Assembly (NCBI GenBank): GCA_030390025.1 | Contig: CM059431.1 | Location: 104,720,001 to 104,784,000 of the forward strand | DNA length: 64,000 nt | Origin: Squalus acanthias | Lineage: Eukaryota | Direction: 5' to 3' | Shown: piece by piece, positions 13,359 to 26,404 of the stretch | How positions within the stretch are numbered: position 1 is the first letter of the stretch | Layout: each line of letters opens with the position of its first letter | Notes under the pieces: generated by a model | Database searches by the model: none | What the model saw: the letters and a program-made list of their open reading frames with translations, nothing else | What the model was told of the DNA's origin: nothing | Program-made: the position numbers and the translations under genes

Positions 13359-13452
13359 CAAGAATATAGGTGCAAATCACTAACAGAAAAAGAGGAAATA
13401 AATTAAACCATGCACCTAGCTTGGGAGTCACTCCCATAAGAAGCGTGATAGC

Positions 13453-13802
13453 ACCTCCCTATGTTTGTAACCTCTGCCAGCCCTACATCGCTCCGTAATC
13501 TCTGCGCTCCTCCAATTCTGGCCTCTTGCACATCCCCGATTTTCATCGCTCCACCATTGGCGGCCGTGCCTTCAGCTGCCTCGGGCCCTAAGCTCTGGAA
13601 TTCCCTCCCTAAACCTCTCCGCCTCTCTCTAACCTCTCTCTCCTCCTTTAAGACGCTCCTTAAAAACTACCTCTTCACCTGCCCTAATTTCTCCCTATGT
13701 GGCTCGGTGTTAAATTTTGTTTGATAATCACTCCTGTGAAACACCTTGGGGCGTTTTACTATGTTAAAGGCGCTACGTAAATGCAAGTCGTTGTTGTTGT
13801 TG
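13453..13802 (+). mobile_element. L2 LINE 3' end
   Basis: ggccgtgccttcagctgcc..ctctggaattccctccctaaacc; (GTT)n tail. Confidence 0.88.
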
Positions 13803-15039
13803 ATGGAAGCACGGCAAAATATGTCTTAAAATGCTTCAACACTCATGAACCTGCCTTTTGTTTTATAGGGAACGGACACGGCTAAAAACGGGATATTTCT
13901 TGCAGGGCAGATGAGATCATTGACCATGCTATCATTCTGGCCCCACATAAGAAAGCAGCATAGCATGCTCGAAGGTACTTTCAGATATATATCAGCTAAC
14001 AAGAAGAAAGCTAATGTTTTTACTACTTTCTGCATAACCGCTCTTTTGAGCTGTAGTTCGTTTGGAGATCAAGAAGAATCATGAAGTCTATGTATCTGAA
14101 ATAAATTGGCTTTTATAATATGCCATTACTCATGAGTGCTACTATAAAATTCATTAGTACCGCTTTGATGAAACAGGCTAATATCAGAAGACTATAAGAT
14201 CTGTGAACATTGATGCAGAACATTATCAGTATAGATGGGATGCTAAAGGGCATGCCATTCATAATGATTGTTTACTGTCTCGCGCAAAAATTTACTCTGA
14301 ATCATTTATGGTACATGTTTTGAGAATCTTAGAAAATTAAGCTTCTGTGCTGGTTTGAAATATGTTTGGTTAGGTTGAGTGAGAAAATCCCGTCTTAACT
14401 TAATTTTTCTGTCCTTTTTATAGCACAAAAGAAAGTCCATTAGCCAGCCCCAGACCCTGAACTTCTGACAGGGCTCCACAGAGGGAAAAGTTAGCATTTC
14501 AGTGCCATCGAGTCACCTCAGATGCTCTGTGGGCTAATCACCCAGAAACAGCCTTTGTGCACATTAGAATTTAAAAAAAACGGCTCGGAGGCACACATCT
14601 ACCCACCCCCGCCCCGGCCCTGCGAGTGTCGCAGTTGACAACAGCAACGCCTGTGATCTGCACACTAATGGATGCTATAGCTTCCAGATAACTACCCTGA
14701 GGCTTAACTGTGCATCGCTGTACCTGACACTGCGCAATGAATGCTACTGGTGGCGTGAAGGTCACTTTTTTGTTCCCATCATTTTCGCTTCATCCATTAA
14801 GTTTATAGGTTTAGTCACGGTGGGGGGCGGGGGGCAATAGGAGTATTGGAATAGTAAGATAATAATGCACTTGCAAGGCTATCTGTGTCTTGTCAAGTGA
14901 AAATAAAGCCAAATATAGACAGATCAACACAACAGAAAAGAACTCTGGCGACTGAGTAATCTAGCCCTGCAGTTGGTGTCGAAATTTGTGTTTCTTAACA
15001 ACAGGAACAATCTGTGTGGAAAATATTTTCTCAATGCAG

Positions 15040-15288
15040 AGAAATGCAAACTGCTTCATATGGGGGATAAAAAAAAAAACCAGGGAAGGACTCTATTATT
15101 TAATTAAAAAAACTAAATTAATGTGCATGGGAAAGGAAAGCGATCTGGAAGTCCTGATTGCCAATAAATTGAAGCTATCGCTACAATGCTTGGTGCAGTG
15201 AGTAAAGGAAATCAGATGGCAGAATGCATTAGGATGTCAATATTGAGCCGAAATAGCGAGGTAATCCTGCCACATTATAAGTTATTGG
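15040..15288 (+). mobile_element. Ancient CR1 ORF2 remnant
   Basis: KESDLEVLIANKLKLSLQC..SEVILPHYKLL resembles the CR1 ERDLGV..KL..S.QC..EVIL.LY region. Confidence 0.6.
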
Positions 15289-15792
15289 AACAACAACAAC
15301 AACAACTTGCAGTTATATAACGCCTTTAATGTAGTAAAACTTCCCACAGCACTTTGCAGGAGTGTTAGCGGACAAAAACATTTAACACCGAGCCAAAGAC
15401 GATGTTCAGACAGGTGACCAGAAGCTTGGTCAAAGAGGTAGGTTTTAAGAAGCGTCGTGAAGGAGGAGGGAGAGAAGAGGTTTAGGGAGGGAATTCAGAG
15501 CTTTGAGCCTAGATAGCAGAAGGCACGGCCGCCAATGGTGGGGTGAAGGAAGTTGGGGATGCGCAAGAGGCCAGAATTGGAGGAATGCAGAATTTTTAGA
15601 GAGTTGTAGGCAATGTTCCCACTAATTTGTTTTTTGCGGGGGGGTGGGTGCGTGGCCCCTTTAAGGGCTGCACGACCCATTCACAGTTTCAATTTAACAT
15701 TGGAAAAAGTGGTGTCGGGCTGCGTTAGTTGTAAAGCTGGAGGAGGTTCCAGAGATAGAGTAGGGCGAGGCCATGAACACAAGGATGAGAAT
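15289..15792 (-). mobile_element. L2 LINE 3' end with a nested ~115 bp hAT-like MITE fragment (15611-15727)
   Basis: L2 tail caacaacaacttgc; insert starts caatgttccc like the TIR at 31168 and is flanked by gttgtagg/gttgtaaa. Confidence 0.75.
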
Positions 15793-16596
15793 GGACATAA
15801 ACACTACAACTAAGTTAGATACAAAATAAAATAGTGTTTAAAAGCCCATAATTCAGCATTGTGTGGAGCTATAAAGTCAACAGTGTTGCTAAGCAGAATA
15901 GTTTATATTCTCCTCATGATCCTTTCCACTTGCTACAGCAGCCAGCTTTCCACCTTCATGCTCGGACTGATAGATAACTTGTGTTGAACTGTGGACCGTT
16001 CAGTGCTGTGAAGACTTAAAGTGCGTCCTGACACTGCCCTAAACTCATTCCACAACCGAACCTCCACAAGCCAAAAGATAGAAGAGGCTCCCGTCTCATC
16101 AACGTGGCCTGGATTTGAAACATTGGTACCAGACTGGAAAAAAAATTAACCTGCTGTACCCACATGACCTTGAACAAACCACAGCAAATCACCATGCCTG
16201 CCTCACAGCAGTATTGTGAAGTTCACAAAGCTGTTACGCATTTGTTACATAAAACAATCATTTCTAAAATAGCCTGGAACAATGGTTCCATTGCTTTGTA
16301 TTTATTAGTTCTACTTTACCACTGTGGGTTTTTTTTCTTACCATAAGCAGCTTGCGTACTGATTGCAATAAATCTGATCTATTTTTATGAATATGCCACT
16401 CATCAGACTGTTTGAACAATATTGAAAATACTCACAGTGGGGCTAACTTGCCCATTACCATCCGCCTGTGTTCTCAGCAGCAACCTCATTTGTACATAGT
16501 CTGGATTAATAGTCCATCATTTCCAACAACGTAGGACTTCTGCAAGTAAAAGGTAAGCATACTACTGAAACTCTGAAACCGCTTTATGAAACTCTC

Positions 16597-16920
16597 GAGG
16601 TAGAAATTGCTTTGCGTCCCGCCGATTTCTAGAGCGGGAATTCAGCGATGGATTTACAAATTCCGCAGTTGGACACTGCGCGCCGGAAGTGCGCCCAAAA
16701 AGTGGCCGCCGCCATATTGGCTCCGTGTGTGAGCGTGAGCTTTCAGCGAGAAGGGACAGAGTGAACGATAGCCAAGAACCCTGTAGGATGGGACCCCCGG
16801 ACAGACAACTCGGGTCGCCCCTTACGCAAAGTCATCCTCACGATCTCCATGACTTACTTCTCGAGTTGGGGGGTGGGGGGGGCGGTGGTAGAGGACCTGA
16901 ATGGATGTTCTCCCTCCTCC
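16597..16920. mobile_element. Probable MITE end fragment
   Basis: Starts gaggtagaaatt (family A-type TIR), CpG-rich; no partner TIR found. Confidence 0.4.
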
Positions 16921-16921
16921 T

Positions 16922-17300
16922 ACATAATAACATAAGAAATAGGAGCAGGAGTAGGCCATTCAGCCGCTCGAGCCAGCTCCACCATTCAATAAGATCGTGG
17001 CTGATCTGATCTTGGCCTCAACTCCACTTTCCTGCCTGTTCCCCATAACCCTCGACTCCCCTGTAGCTCAAATATATGTATATCTCTGCCTTGAATATAT
17101 TCACTGACTCCGCCTCCACAGCTCTCTGGGGTAGAGAATTCCAAAGATTCACGACCCTCTGAGAGAAGAAATTCCTCCTCATCACCGTCTTAAAAGGGTG
17201 CCCCCTTATCCTGAAACTATGCCCCCTCATTCTAGATTCCCCCACGAGGGGAAACATCCTCTCAGCATCTACCCTGTCAAGCCTCCTCAGAATCTTATAT
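16922..17300 (-). mobile_element. CR1 LINE 3' fragment
   Basis: TYKILRRLDRVDAERMFP..RRNFFSQRVVNLWNSLP. Confidence 0.92.
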
Positions 17301-17684
17301 GTCCTTGACTTCTCCCTACTCTTGTTTCTGGACAATTATAAAGTGTCGCTTTCTGTCTTGTGAGTAGTTATTATTCTCTCCGATTCCCTTTCACACGCCC
17401 TCCATCATCATCTCTGACCCTAAATGTGAAGTGTTCGTAGATGTCTCTAGGTCATCTGCACAGCTGCCACTTTTCCTCGCCTACCTCCAATCCTCCTTAA
17501 AATGCAGTGCACAACCCCTACATTCTGCAGCTTCTTCCACATCTCCACACTTCAGTTCAGAACGAGTAAATGCTGTTCAGCTCAAATGTGTTAAGGTTGA
17601 TGTACAGGACTCAATCCTTTCTGCCTTGATATTAAGCCCACGTCCTTCTACTCCCAGTCTATTCATACTGCACATGGGTACTAC

Positions 17685-17964
17685 CAGATTAATCAATATG
17701 GGTGTAGTATTATCAGATTAATCAATATGGGTGTAGTATTATCAGATTAATCAATATGGTTGTAGTATTATCAGAATACTCAATATGGGTATAGTATTAT
17801 CAGATTAATCAATATGGGTGTAGTATTATCAGATTAATCAATATGGGTGTAGTATTATCAGATTAATCAATATGGGTGTAGTATTATCAGATTAATCAAT
17901 ATGGGTGTAGTATTATCAGATTAATCAATATGGGTGTAGTATTATCAGATTAATCAATATGGGT
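17685..17964. repeat. 29-bp minisatellite, ~9.6 copies
   Basis: Unit cagattaatcaatatgggtgtagtattat, head to tail, with only a few substitutions. Confidence 0.97.
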
Positions 17965-19139
17965 AGGGGTATTTCAGGCACCTTGTGCCAGCAACAAGTG
18001 CTCCTAAGTCAAGGATAACATCGCCAGTGGAAATATTAGAGTTCTTCCATTCTGCCCTGACAACATGCCTTGATGCAAATCCCAGAAAAGCACCTCCCAC
18101 TGCATCATTGAACACTTTTTCATTGCACACAACCCCCATTCTTGTGGTCTGTCTGAGTGAAATTAATGTTGAATTAGGGTGGATAATCCCGGAGCGAAAG
18201 AGGGAAGATGACTGCAAGCATAGAAAAACAAAATAGGGAATGGAGAAAGTCCAGTTGGGTTCGAGGGGATCCCATCAAGCCCAATCTTTGCGATATACCA
18301 AGCAGAGTTTGCTCCTTATTGGACTGTGCCCTTCTTAGTTCTACTAATCAATCTGATCAGCAGGGCAAACTCCAGACATTGTTTGTGTTGATTATGCAAT
18401 CAGGTTTCCTATTAGACAACTGGCAGTCGCTGAAGTGTGGGTTTAGAATGATTACCAGAATGAGCACACTTGGTCTGTTTCAACACTTCAAGGGTGCTTT
18501 TATTGCAAGGGTGAATCTTGCCAGTCCTGCTGTAAAAGGATGTTGGAGTGATCTAGAAACAAATTTTAAATATTACACAGTATTACATTTTTGTCACAAG
18601 TCCTTTGAGCAAATAGCGAATAATATTAGAGCCTGTTTGATGATTTTAAATTATGTATTCTAAACGCTGTTGCTACATAGGCTTTATTGGGACCTTGTAC
18701 ACGTAACATTTGCATTAGACAGAGCGGAGGCTTGCTTTGATCCTACATTTTAATCAGAAAATTGAAAGACCCTTATGACTTTATCCACTTAGTGCACTCA
18801 CTGGTTATAATTCATTCTCTTTTATTCCTTCCAAGTGATGGATGGTGCCTAACTTAAATCACTAAATTGATATGTACAGACAAAAGAAGAATGCGAGACC
18901 TCAGATCAGATGGTTAACAGGTCCAACAGATGGGAACAGTCGAGTTTATTTTGGACCAACAAGTTGAAATTATGAACTTCAGAGCATAAAATAGTGAATG
19001 AAACCGAAGTTGCATTGACTTATCATTTAAAAAAAGAATAAGGAAAAAAAAAACACATTCTTTTGATCCAAAGCAGTCCAGCTTTGGTAATGCATTATGC
19101 GAATATTCAATATTTCAAGTTAAAATTTCTGAGCATTTA

Positions 19140-20075
19140 ATATCAATGCACTAATCAAAGACAGCCAGAAAAGAATCATTAAAAGCATTTCATGTTTGAC
19201 AAATTTAATAGTGTTTTTTCAAGAGGTGACAGTTTGGCTTGATAAAGGGAATGCAGTAGATATAGTACAGATAGATTTTCAGAAATGGTTTGATGAAGTG
19301 TCTGACAAGAGGCTTGTTAGAAATATTAAGCTCTATGTTTTAAGAGCAAATTTAGCAAGAGGGATAGAAAGTTGGTTGATGGGCAGAAAAAGAAGAGTTA
19401 AGGCAAATGGGTGTTGCTAGGATTGGAGGTTGGTAGTGGTAGTGGTGGGTGGTTGGTAATCCAGTTCGCCCATCACCCCCAGTGCTCGCTGACCTACATT
19501 GGCTCCCGGTTAAGCAACATCTCGATTTCAAAATTCTCATCCTTGTTTTCAAAACCCTCCACGGCCTCGCCCCTTCTTATCTCTGTAATCTCCTTCAGCC
19601 CCACAACACCCCCCACCCCCCGAGATATCTGCGCTCCTCTAACTCTGCCCTCTTCAGCATCCCTGATTATAATCGCTCAATCTTTCGTGGCCGTGCCTTC
19701 TGTTGCCTGGGCCCTAAGCTCTGGAATTCCCTGCCTAAACCTGTCCGCCTCGCTACCTCTCTTTCCTCCTTTAAGACGCTCCTTAAAACCTACCTCTTTG
19801 ACCAAGCTTTTGGTCACCTGCCCTAATTTCTCCTTATGTGGATCGGTGTCAAATTTTTTGTCTTAAAATACTCCTGTGCAGCAACTTGGGACGTTTTACT
19901 ACATTAAAGGTGCTCTATAAATACAAGTTGTTGTTGTTGTATAGCCCAGAGATTAGTGATGGGTCCATTTATGTTCTCTGTGCATATAGGACATAGGTAG
20001 CACATATATAGCAGACATTATATTAACTCCTTGAAAGGAAAATTAATAAATATTTGCAATTCCTATGCTAAGTGG
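19140..20075 (+). mobile_element. Ancient CR1 RT remnant interrupted by L2
   Basis: LTNLIVFFQEVT..AVDIVQIDFQK.FD.V; after the L2 a decayed GVPQGSVLGP-like stretch (gtatagcccagagattagtgatgggtcca). Confidence 0.7.
19462..19939 (+). mobile_element. L2 LINE 3' fragment
   Basis: PVLADLHWLPV..LKTYLFDQAFG; (GTT)n tail. Confidence 0.92.
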
Positions 20076-20121
20076 AGGTAGAGTGGAGTGAGGCCATGGA
20101 GTGGTTAAAAGACAAAGACAA

Positions 20122-20350
20122 GGGTCCTGATATTTACATGGAGGCAGGGAGGGAGTGTGTTTTTGGGGAGGGGCAACCCGGAAATCCCAGGGACGTGGAA
20201 GTTCTGCCGAATCTAACGGCAGGATCTCATTATCATTTATTTCACTCCGTCTCCCTCCCGGCAGCCGGCCAGATTGACAGGCGGGCAGGAAAACCAATGG
20301 CAGGAGGCTGTTGGGGACGGTCCCCGGCAATCGGCAAAGATCGCGGAGCC
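20122..20350. mobile_element. MITE fragment
   Basis: Reverse-complement similarity to 6100-6251. Confidence 0.5.
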
Positions 20351-20483
20351 AGTGATGAGGGCTTTTTCAATTCACAATTGTCGCTAATTGAGTGAGGAGA
20401 AAGTTTAGGCAAGATTCCTTAGACAGAGAGCTATTAGAGCACGGAATGCTTCACCACAGAGTGTAACTGAGACAGAAAACATT

Positions 20484-21228
20484 GGTGCAGAAATTCCGAT
20501 CCCTACGGGTGGGTACGCGCTGTGTACTCACCCGTAGGGACATCGGAAATGTCGGTTTCAGGCGCTGGAAACCGGCATTTCCGACCTGTCAAGAAAGCTC
20601 TTGACAGATCCTCCGGCTGCCCGGGCGAAGGGCCTCTGCGGGGGGAGAGTTCCGTATTTTGGAGACCTTCTGCCCACAGAAAACACTTACAATTCTTGTG
20701 CCTGGTAAAAGCAGGTGTAAGGCCTGCTTTTACCAGGATAAGAGTTGAAAAAAAGTAAAAAAATAAAAAATTTCCACTGATTTATCATTTAAAAATACTT
20801 TAAAGAAAGGTAAGTTTATTTTTAGCCCTGTTAAAAACTTTAATTATTTTTTTCAAAAAATAAAATTTTTGTTTCAAATACTTAATTTATTGTAATTTAA
20901 AGTCATTTTAAAAATGTGATTTTTAAAAAAAATTATTTAAAGTTTTACTATGTTTTGGGGGTGATCTCTATTCATATATTTGACAGGTCTTCCTGTCAAA
21001 TGTATGAAGGGAGATTCCCTTCTCTGATTGGCTCCCCATGGCCCACGTGATCCCAGGGACGCTGCAAACCGCCTGCGCCTCTGGGATACGTGGGCCCTGC
21101 GCACCGGCAGTTTGGAGAGGCCCAGCAGCGGAACTCTGCGCCTCCCGGGAGCCCTCCGGTCTTGGCGCAGATTTTTCCAGATCGCAGCCCTCCGCCCGCG
21201 GGAGGCCTGCGATCGGAATTTCTGGGCC
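20484..21228. mobile_element. Harbinger-like MITE family B (divergent subfamily), inserted in an old CR1 3' end
   Basis: TIR ggtgcagaaattcc/ggaatttctgggcc, TSD ATT; GC-rich arms and AT-rich core. Confidence 0.85.
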
Positions 21229-21382
21229 ATTGTACTTTTTAAGGAAAACTGGATACATTTTAGAAGCAGAGGAAAGTACAGGAGAGAGCAGAACAATGGG
21301 ATTAGTTTTTGATTGCTCTTAAAAAGAGCTAGCCCAGGCATGGTGGGCTGAATGGCCTCTTTTTGTACAGTAAACTGTGGTT

Positions 21383-21668
21383 CACAGAATCACAGAATCC
21401 CCACAGTGCAGATAGAGGCCATTTCAGCCCATTGAGCCTGCACCGACACATATCCCACCCTATCCCCGTAACACTAAGGGTCAATTTATCATAGCCAAAT
21501 CAACCTAACCCACACATCTTTGGACTGTGGGAGGAAACCGGAGCACCCGGAGGAAACCCACGCAGACACGGGGAGAATATGCAAACTCCACACAGACAGT
21601 TAGCCGAGGCCGGATTTGAACCCAGGTCCCTGGCGCTGTGAGGCAACAGTGCTAACCACTATGCCACC
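21383..21668 (-). mobile_element. HE1-like V-SINE
   Basis: Minus strand: tRNA head ggtggcatagtggttagcac..ggttcaaatcc, V domain tgtgtggagtttgca..ctgcgtgggtttcctccgggtgctccggtttcctcccacagtccaaag, CR1-type tail. Confidence 0.9.
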
Positions 21669-21721
21669 ATGTTCTTTGGGGACACTGCATTGTGGCCACC
21701 AAATGCCTAAATGTACATGAT

Positions 21722-23197
21722 GAAGAAAAGCAAGACTTGCCTTTCATGACCTCAAGACATCTCAAAGCGCTTTACAGCAAATGAAGTACTTTTTGAAGTG
21801 TGGTCACTGTTGTAATGCAGGAAAAGCCGCAACCAATTTGCCCATAGCAAGCTCCCACAAACAGTAATGTGATAATGACCAGATAATCTGTTTTAGTGAT
21901 GTTGATTGAGGGATAAATATTGGCCAGGACACAGCAACAACAACTTGTATTTATAGAGCACCTTTACCATAGTAAAACGTCCCAAGGCGCTGCACAGGAG
22001 TATTATAAGACAAAAAGTTTGACACCGAGCCACATAAGGTGAAATTAGGGTAGATGACCGAAAGCTTGGTCAAAGAGGTAGGTTTTAAGGAGTCTTAAAG
22101 GAATAAAGAGAGGTAGAGAGACGGAGAGGTTTAGGCAGGGAATTCCAGAGCTTAGGGCCTAAGCAACAGAATGGTTCAGTGATTATAATCAGGGATGCTC
22201 AAGAGGGCAGAATTAGAGGAGCACAGATATCTCGGGGGGTTGTGGGGCTGGAGGAGATTACAGAGATAGGGAGGGGCGAGGCCATGGAGGGATTTGAAAA
22301 CAAGGATGAGAATTTTGAAATCGAGGCGTTGCTTAACCGGGAGCCAATGTAGGTCAGCGAGCACAGGGGTGATGAGTGAACGGGACTTGGTGCGAGTTAG
22401 GACACGGGCAGCCGAGTTTTGGATGACCTCAAGTTTACATAGGGTAGAACGTGGGAGGCCAGCCAGGAGTGCATTGGAATAGTCAAGTCTAGAGCTAACA
22501 AAGGCATGGATGAGAGTTTCAGCAGCGGATGAGCTGTGGCAAGGGTGGAGACAGGCGATGGTATGGAGGTGGTAATAGGCAGTCTTAGTTATGCCACGGA
22601 TATGTGGTCGGAAGCTCATTTCAGGGTCACATATGACACCAAGGTTGTGAACAGTGTGGTTCAGCCTCAGACGGATGTTAGGGAGAGGGATGGAGTCAGT
22701 GGCTAGGGAACAGAGTTTGTGGCGGGGACCAAAATCAGTGACTTTGGTCTTACCAATATTTAATTGGAGAAAATTTCCGCTCATCCAGAACTGGATGTCG
22801 GACAAGCAGTCTGACAATTTAGAGACCGTGGAGGGAGCGAGAGAAATGGTGGTGAGGTAGAGCTGGGTGTCGTCAGCGTACATGTGGAAACTGACGCTGT
22901 GTTTTCAGATGATGTCACCAAGGGGCAGCATGTAGATGGGACACCAGGGATAACACCCACCACCCCCTTCTTAGAAATAGTGCAATGGGATCTTTAACAT
23001 TCACCTGAAATGACAGCTGAGGCCTCAGTTTAATGTCCCATCTGAAAAATGGCACCTCCGACAGTACAGCACTCCCTCAGTACTGGCACTGGTGTATCTG
23101 CCTGGATTATGTGCTCAAAGCTCTGGAATGGGACCTGAACCCACAACCCTTCATGAATTAAAGGCGAGAGTGCTACCAACTGAGCCCCAGCTGACAC
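21722..23197 (-). mobile_element. Deu-domain SINE split by an L2 insertion
   Basis: 3' part 21722-21932, 5' part 22939-23197; ggacac duplicated at both junctions. Confidence 0.85.
21933..22938 (-). mobile_element. L2 LINE fragment including the RT catalytic motif
   Basis: ORF 22176-22883 YADDTQLY..LNIGKT..LDYSNALL..LHWLPV. Confidence 0.95.
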
Positions 23198-23699
23198 ACG
23201 ACGAGAAATATTTTGCCACAATGACCTTATTTCCTCTATAAATTGACAAACTCCAAAGCCGTCCGAATTCGGCCAAAAAAAACAAGAACTAGTTTTGGAT
23301 CACTTCGGATTCAAAATTTTGTTTGGCTCTTCTAGCTCATCTGAAAGTCAAAGGCTTGGTCTCCATGCGGTTCGTGAAGAAAGTGAAAATCAGATGTGTT
23401 GTTTAACTGAGAGCGTAGCAATATCGTTTGGACAGTCTTTTCATCAGCAGCGTGCAATGCTCATTTATCATATTCGTTGCTGACCTATATCTACAGAAAT
23501 TAGCACGGCAGGCCATGCCTTGCTGCATGATCACATATTTCTCCAGTATTCACTGCCTCCAAGGAATGCTCCATTTGTTCAGTAACTGTATATAGTTTGA
23601 ACATTTTTTTTTTGCAACAAAGTCCTTGACTTGTTTGGCAAACTGCTTTCGCAAAAAATATTGCTGAGTGGAAGGAATAAGCTTGATCTTTATACTATA

Positions 23700-24181
23700 A
23701 GACAGACTGGCAGACTTGCATTTAATTAGCGCCTTTCACGACCACCGGACGTCTCAAAGCGCTTTACAGTCAATTAAGTACTTTTGAAGTGGAGTCACTG
23801 TTGTAATGTGGGAAACGCGGCAGACAATTTGCGCACAGCAAGATCCCACAAAACAGCAATGTGATAATGACCAGATAATCTGTTTCTGGTGATGTTGGTT
23901 GAGGGATAAATATTGGCCCCAGGACACCGGGGATAACAGCTCTGCTCTTCTTCGAAATAGTTGCCATGGGGATCTTTTACATCCAGCTGATAGAGCAGAG
24001 GGGGCCTCGGTTTAACGCCTCATCCGAAAGACGGCACCTCTGACAGTGCAGCACTCCCTCGGCACTGCACTGGGAGCGTCAGCCGAGCTTTAATGTGCTC
24101 CAGTCTCTGGAGTGGGACTTGAACCCACAACCTTCTGACTCAGAGGCGAGTGGGCTACCCACTGAGCCACCGCTGACACTG
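23700..24181 (-). mobile_element. Deu-domain SINE, full length
   Basis: Head, Deu core and tail all present. Confidence 0.92.
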
Positions 24182-24929
24182 TAAAGTACAAATAGGTCAT
24201 GTTGCAAAAATTAAAGCAAGGCTGTTGGCAATCCTTAATAAACAGCATGCTGTTGTCGTAATGCTGCACTCTGCTCCGCGGTAACTCATGCTCTTCTTCT
24301 TATTACATATTTATAATAATTGTTGCCTTTAGAAAGATTTTAGATGGGGAAATGATCCGGGTCTTTTTTCCCCCCACTGCCTTTTAAATCAGCCAAAACT
24401 GCAGCTTTTAAAATGTCCCTTATTTTCTCCCTGTTTTGAATGTGATCATTTGAATTTCAATAAAATCCAGCAAGGGGAAAAAAAAAATGTTTCAACTGAC
24501 ATCTTTGTTCCCACTGGAATGAAAATTATGTGATAATATTCTCAGAAAGAAACCATTTGAGGCTTTGGTCTGGTTGTATTCTAAAGATAGCGTTGAGTTG
24601 CTAAAAGACGATCTTTACATATTGGCTATGTAGGTCGTGAGAAATGGGATGCTGAAGTAGTAAAGTGCTTATGCAGCAGTTTTTAATTGTACTTTCTTTC
24701 CTTGTAGTCTCATTGCGGTTAAGTGGAAAATGAATAATCTTGGCTGCGTATATACAATGCGTGTTTTCAATTTCAGCTACTGTTGCTATTGGGTCTGACC
24801 ATGTGACAAAATTATAGCATAAATTACAAAATCATGAATATTTAGGGCTTAGCCTTGAAGTTACGTTGCACGAATATTAATGTATAAAGCCTTGATTTGG
24901 TCCGATTTTGAAGGAGCTGTTAATCTAAA

Positions 24930-25358
24930 TGAAAGAAGAACATGCATTTTCATAGCGCCTTTCACGACCATCAGATGTCTCAAAGCGCTTTACAGCCAAT
25001 GAAGTACTTTTGGAAGTGGAGTCACTGTTGTAATGTGGGAAATGCAGCAGCCAATTTGTACACAGCAAGCTCCCACAAACAGCAATGTGATAATGACCAG
25101 ATAATCTGTTTTTGTTATGTTGGTTGAGGGAGAACACCAGGGATAACTCCCCTGCTCTTCTTTGAAGTAGGAGCCATGGGATCTTTTATGTCCACCTGAG
25201 AGAGCAGGCAGGGCCTCAGTTTAACATCTCATCCGAAAGACAGCACAGCACTCCCTCAGTACTGCACTGGAGTGTCAGCCTAGCTTTATGTACCCAAGTC
25301 CCTGGAGTGGGACTTGAACTCACAACCATTGATGTCTCAGAAGCGAGTGTGCTACCTG
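24930..25358 (-). mobile_element. Deu-domain SINE
   Basis: Homology to 23700-24181. Confidence 0.88.
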
Positions 25359-25767
25359 CAAGGTAACACCTCCATCAAAATGGTAGACAGAGGAATTTCA
25401 GAGGAATGTGTTAAGTATTTTTACGTGTTTACAAATGAAATCTAGGTGGAGCATTACATGGCAAGGGGTTTTGTTGCGCAGTTTCATCTTGAAGGTACAG
25501 CAGGAATAACTTTTTACATTTTATCTTTCCTTATCCAGTGCTCTGACTGTTGCAATCACAGGGATCTGAGATTAAGTAGAATGAATGCTGACAAAGATGG
25601 ATAGCTTCATCTTTGGGAAGGGTGGCGATCGCGCCCTGGGATTGTTAACTACAGCATGATGAAGAAAGGAGTCATCTGCCCATCGAGCGTGGTGACACCC
25701 AGATTGAGTGCAGCAATTACATCATAGACTGTAGCAGCCACATCATGGACTGGGAGGGTGCTTCACT

Positions 25768-26060
25768 AATCATAGAATCATAGAATTATAGAATGTTACT
25801 GTGTAAAAAAAACTTCTCCTCATCTCCCCTTCTGGTTCTTTTGCTAATTTCATTAAATCTGTGCCCTCTGGTTCCTGACCCTCCCACCAGTGGAAACTCC
25901 TCATAGTTTTGAACACCTCCATTAAATCTCCCCTTAACCTTCTCTGCTCTAAGGAAAACAATCTCAGCTTCTCTACTCTCACCACATAAACTGAAGTCTC
26001 TTGTCTCTGGTACCATTCTAGTAAATCTCCTCTGCACCCTCTGCCTTGACAGGCTTTCAA
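25768..26060 (-). mobile_element. CR1 LINE 3' fragment with deletions
   Basis: LFSLEQRRLRGDLMEVFK; (attctatg)n tail. Confidence 0.85.
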
Positions 26061-26079
26061 AAAGGTGGTGCCCAGAAAT

Positions 26080-26176
26080 GACCTAGCAAACCACTCAGTA
26101 AAGGGCAATTAGGGATGGGCAATAAATGCTGGCTTTGCCAGTGACGCCCACATCCTGTGAATGAATTAAAAAAAAC
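26080..26176 (+). mobile_element. 3' tail of the SINE seen at 34850
   Basis: gggcaattagggatgggcaataaatgctggctttgccagtgacgcccacatcc. Confidence 0.75.
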
Positions 26177-26404
26177 ATAATTTTACAGTAACTTGGCATC
26201 AGTTATTTCACAGTCGACTTTGAATATGTTCACAGGTAAAGTATTGGTAACTAGGGCTGTCTTTATATTTCTTGTTACCAGACATAGTTCTACACAAGCA
26301 TTCTTACCACCACTTGGAATTTCAGAACATGTGTGTTTCCTCGGTAGGTAACATCCAGTTTATTTTGTCCATTCGACCTTACTTTGTTCTTGGTGAAAGA
26401 TATC

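Noticed and set aside
17685..17964. CRISPR-like array of 29-bp repeats
   Set aside because: Units are contiguous with no spacers, there are no cas genes, and the context is vertebrate
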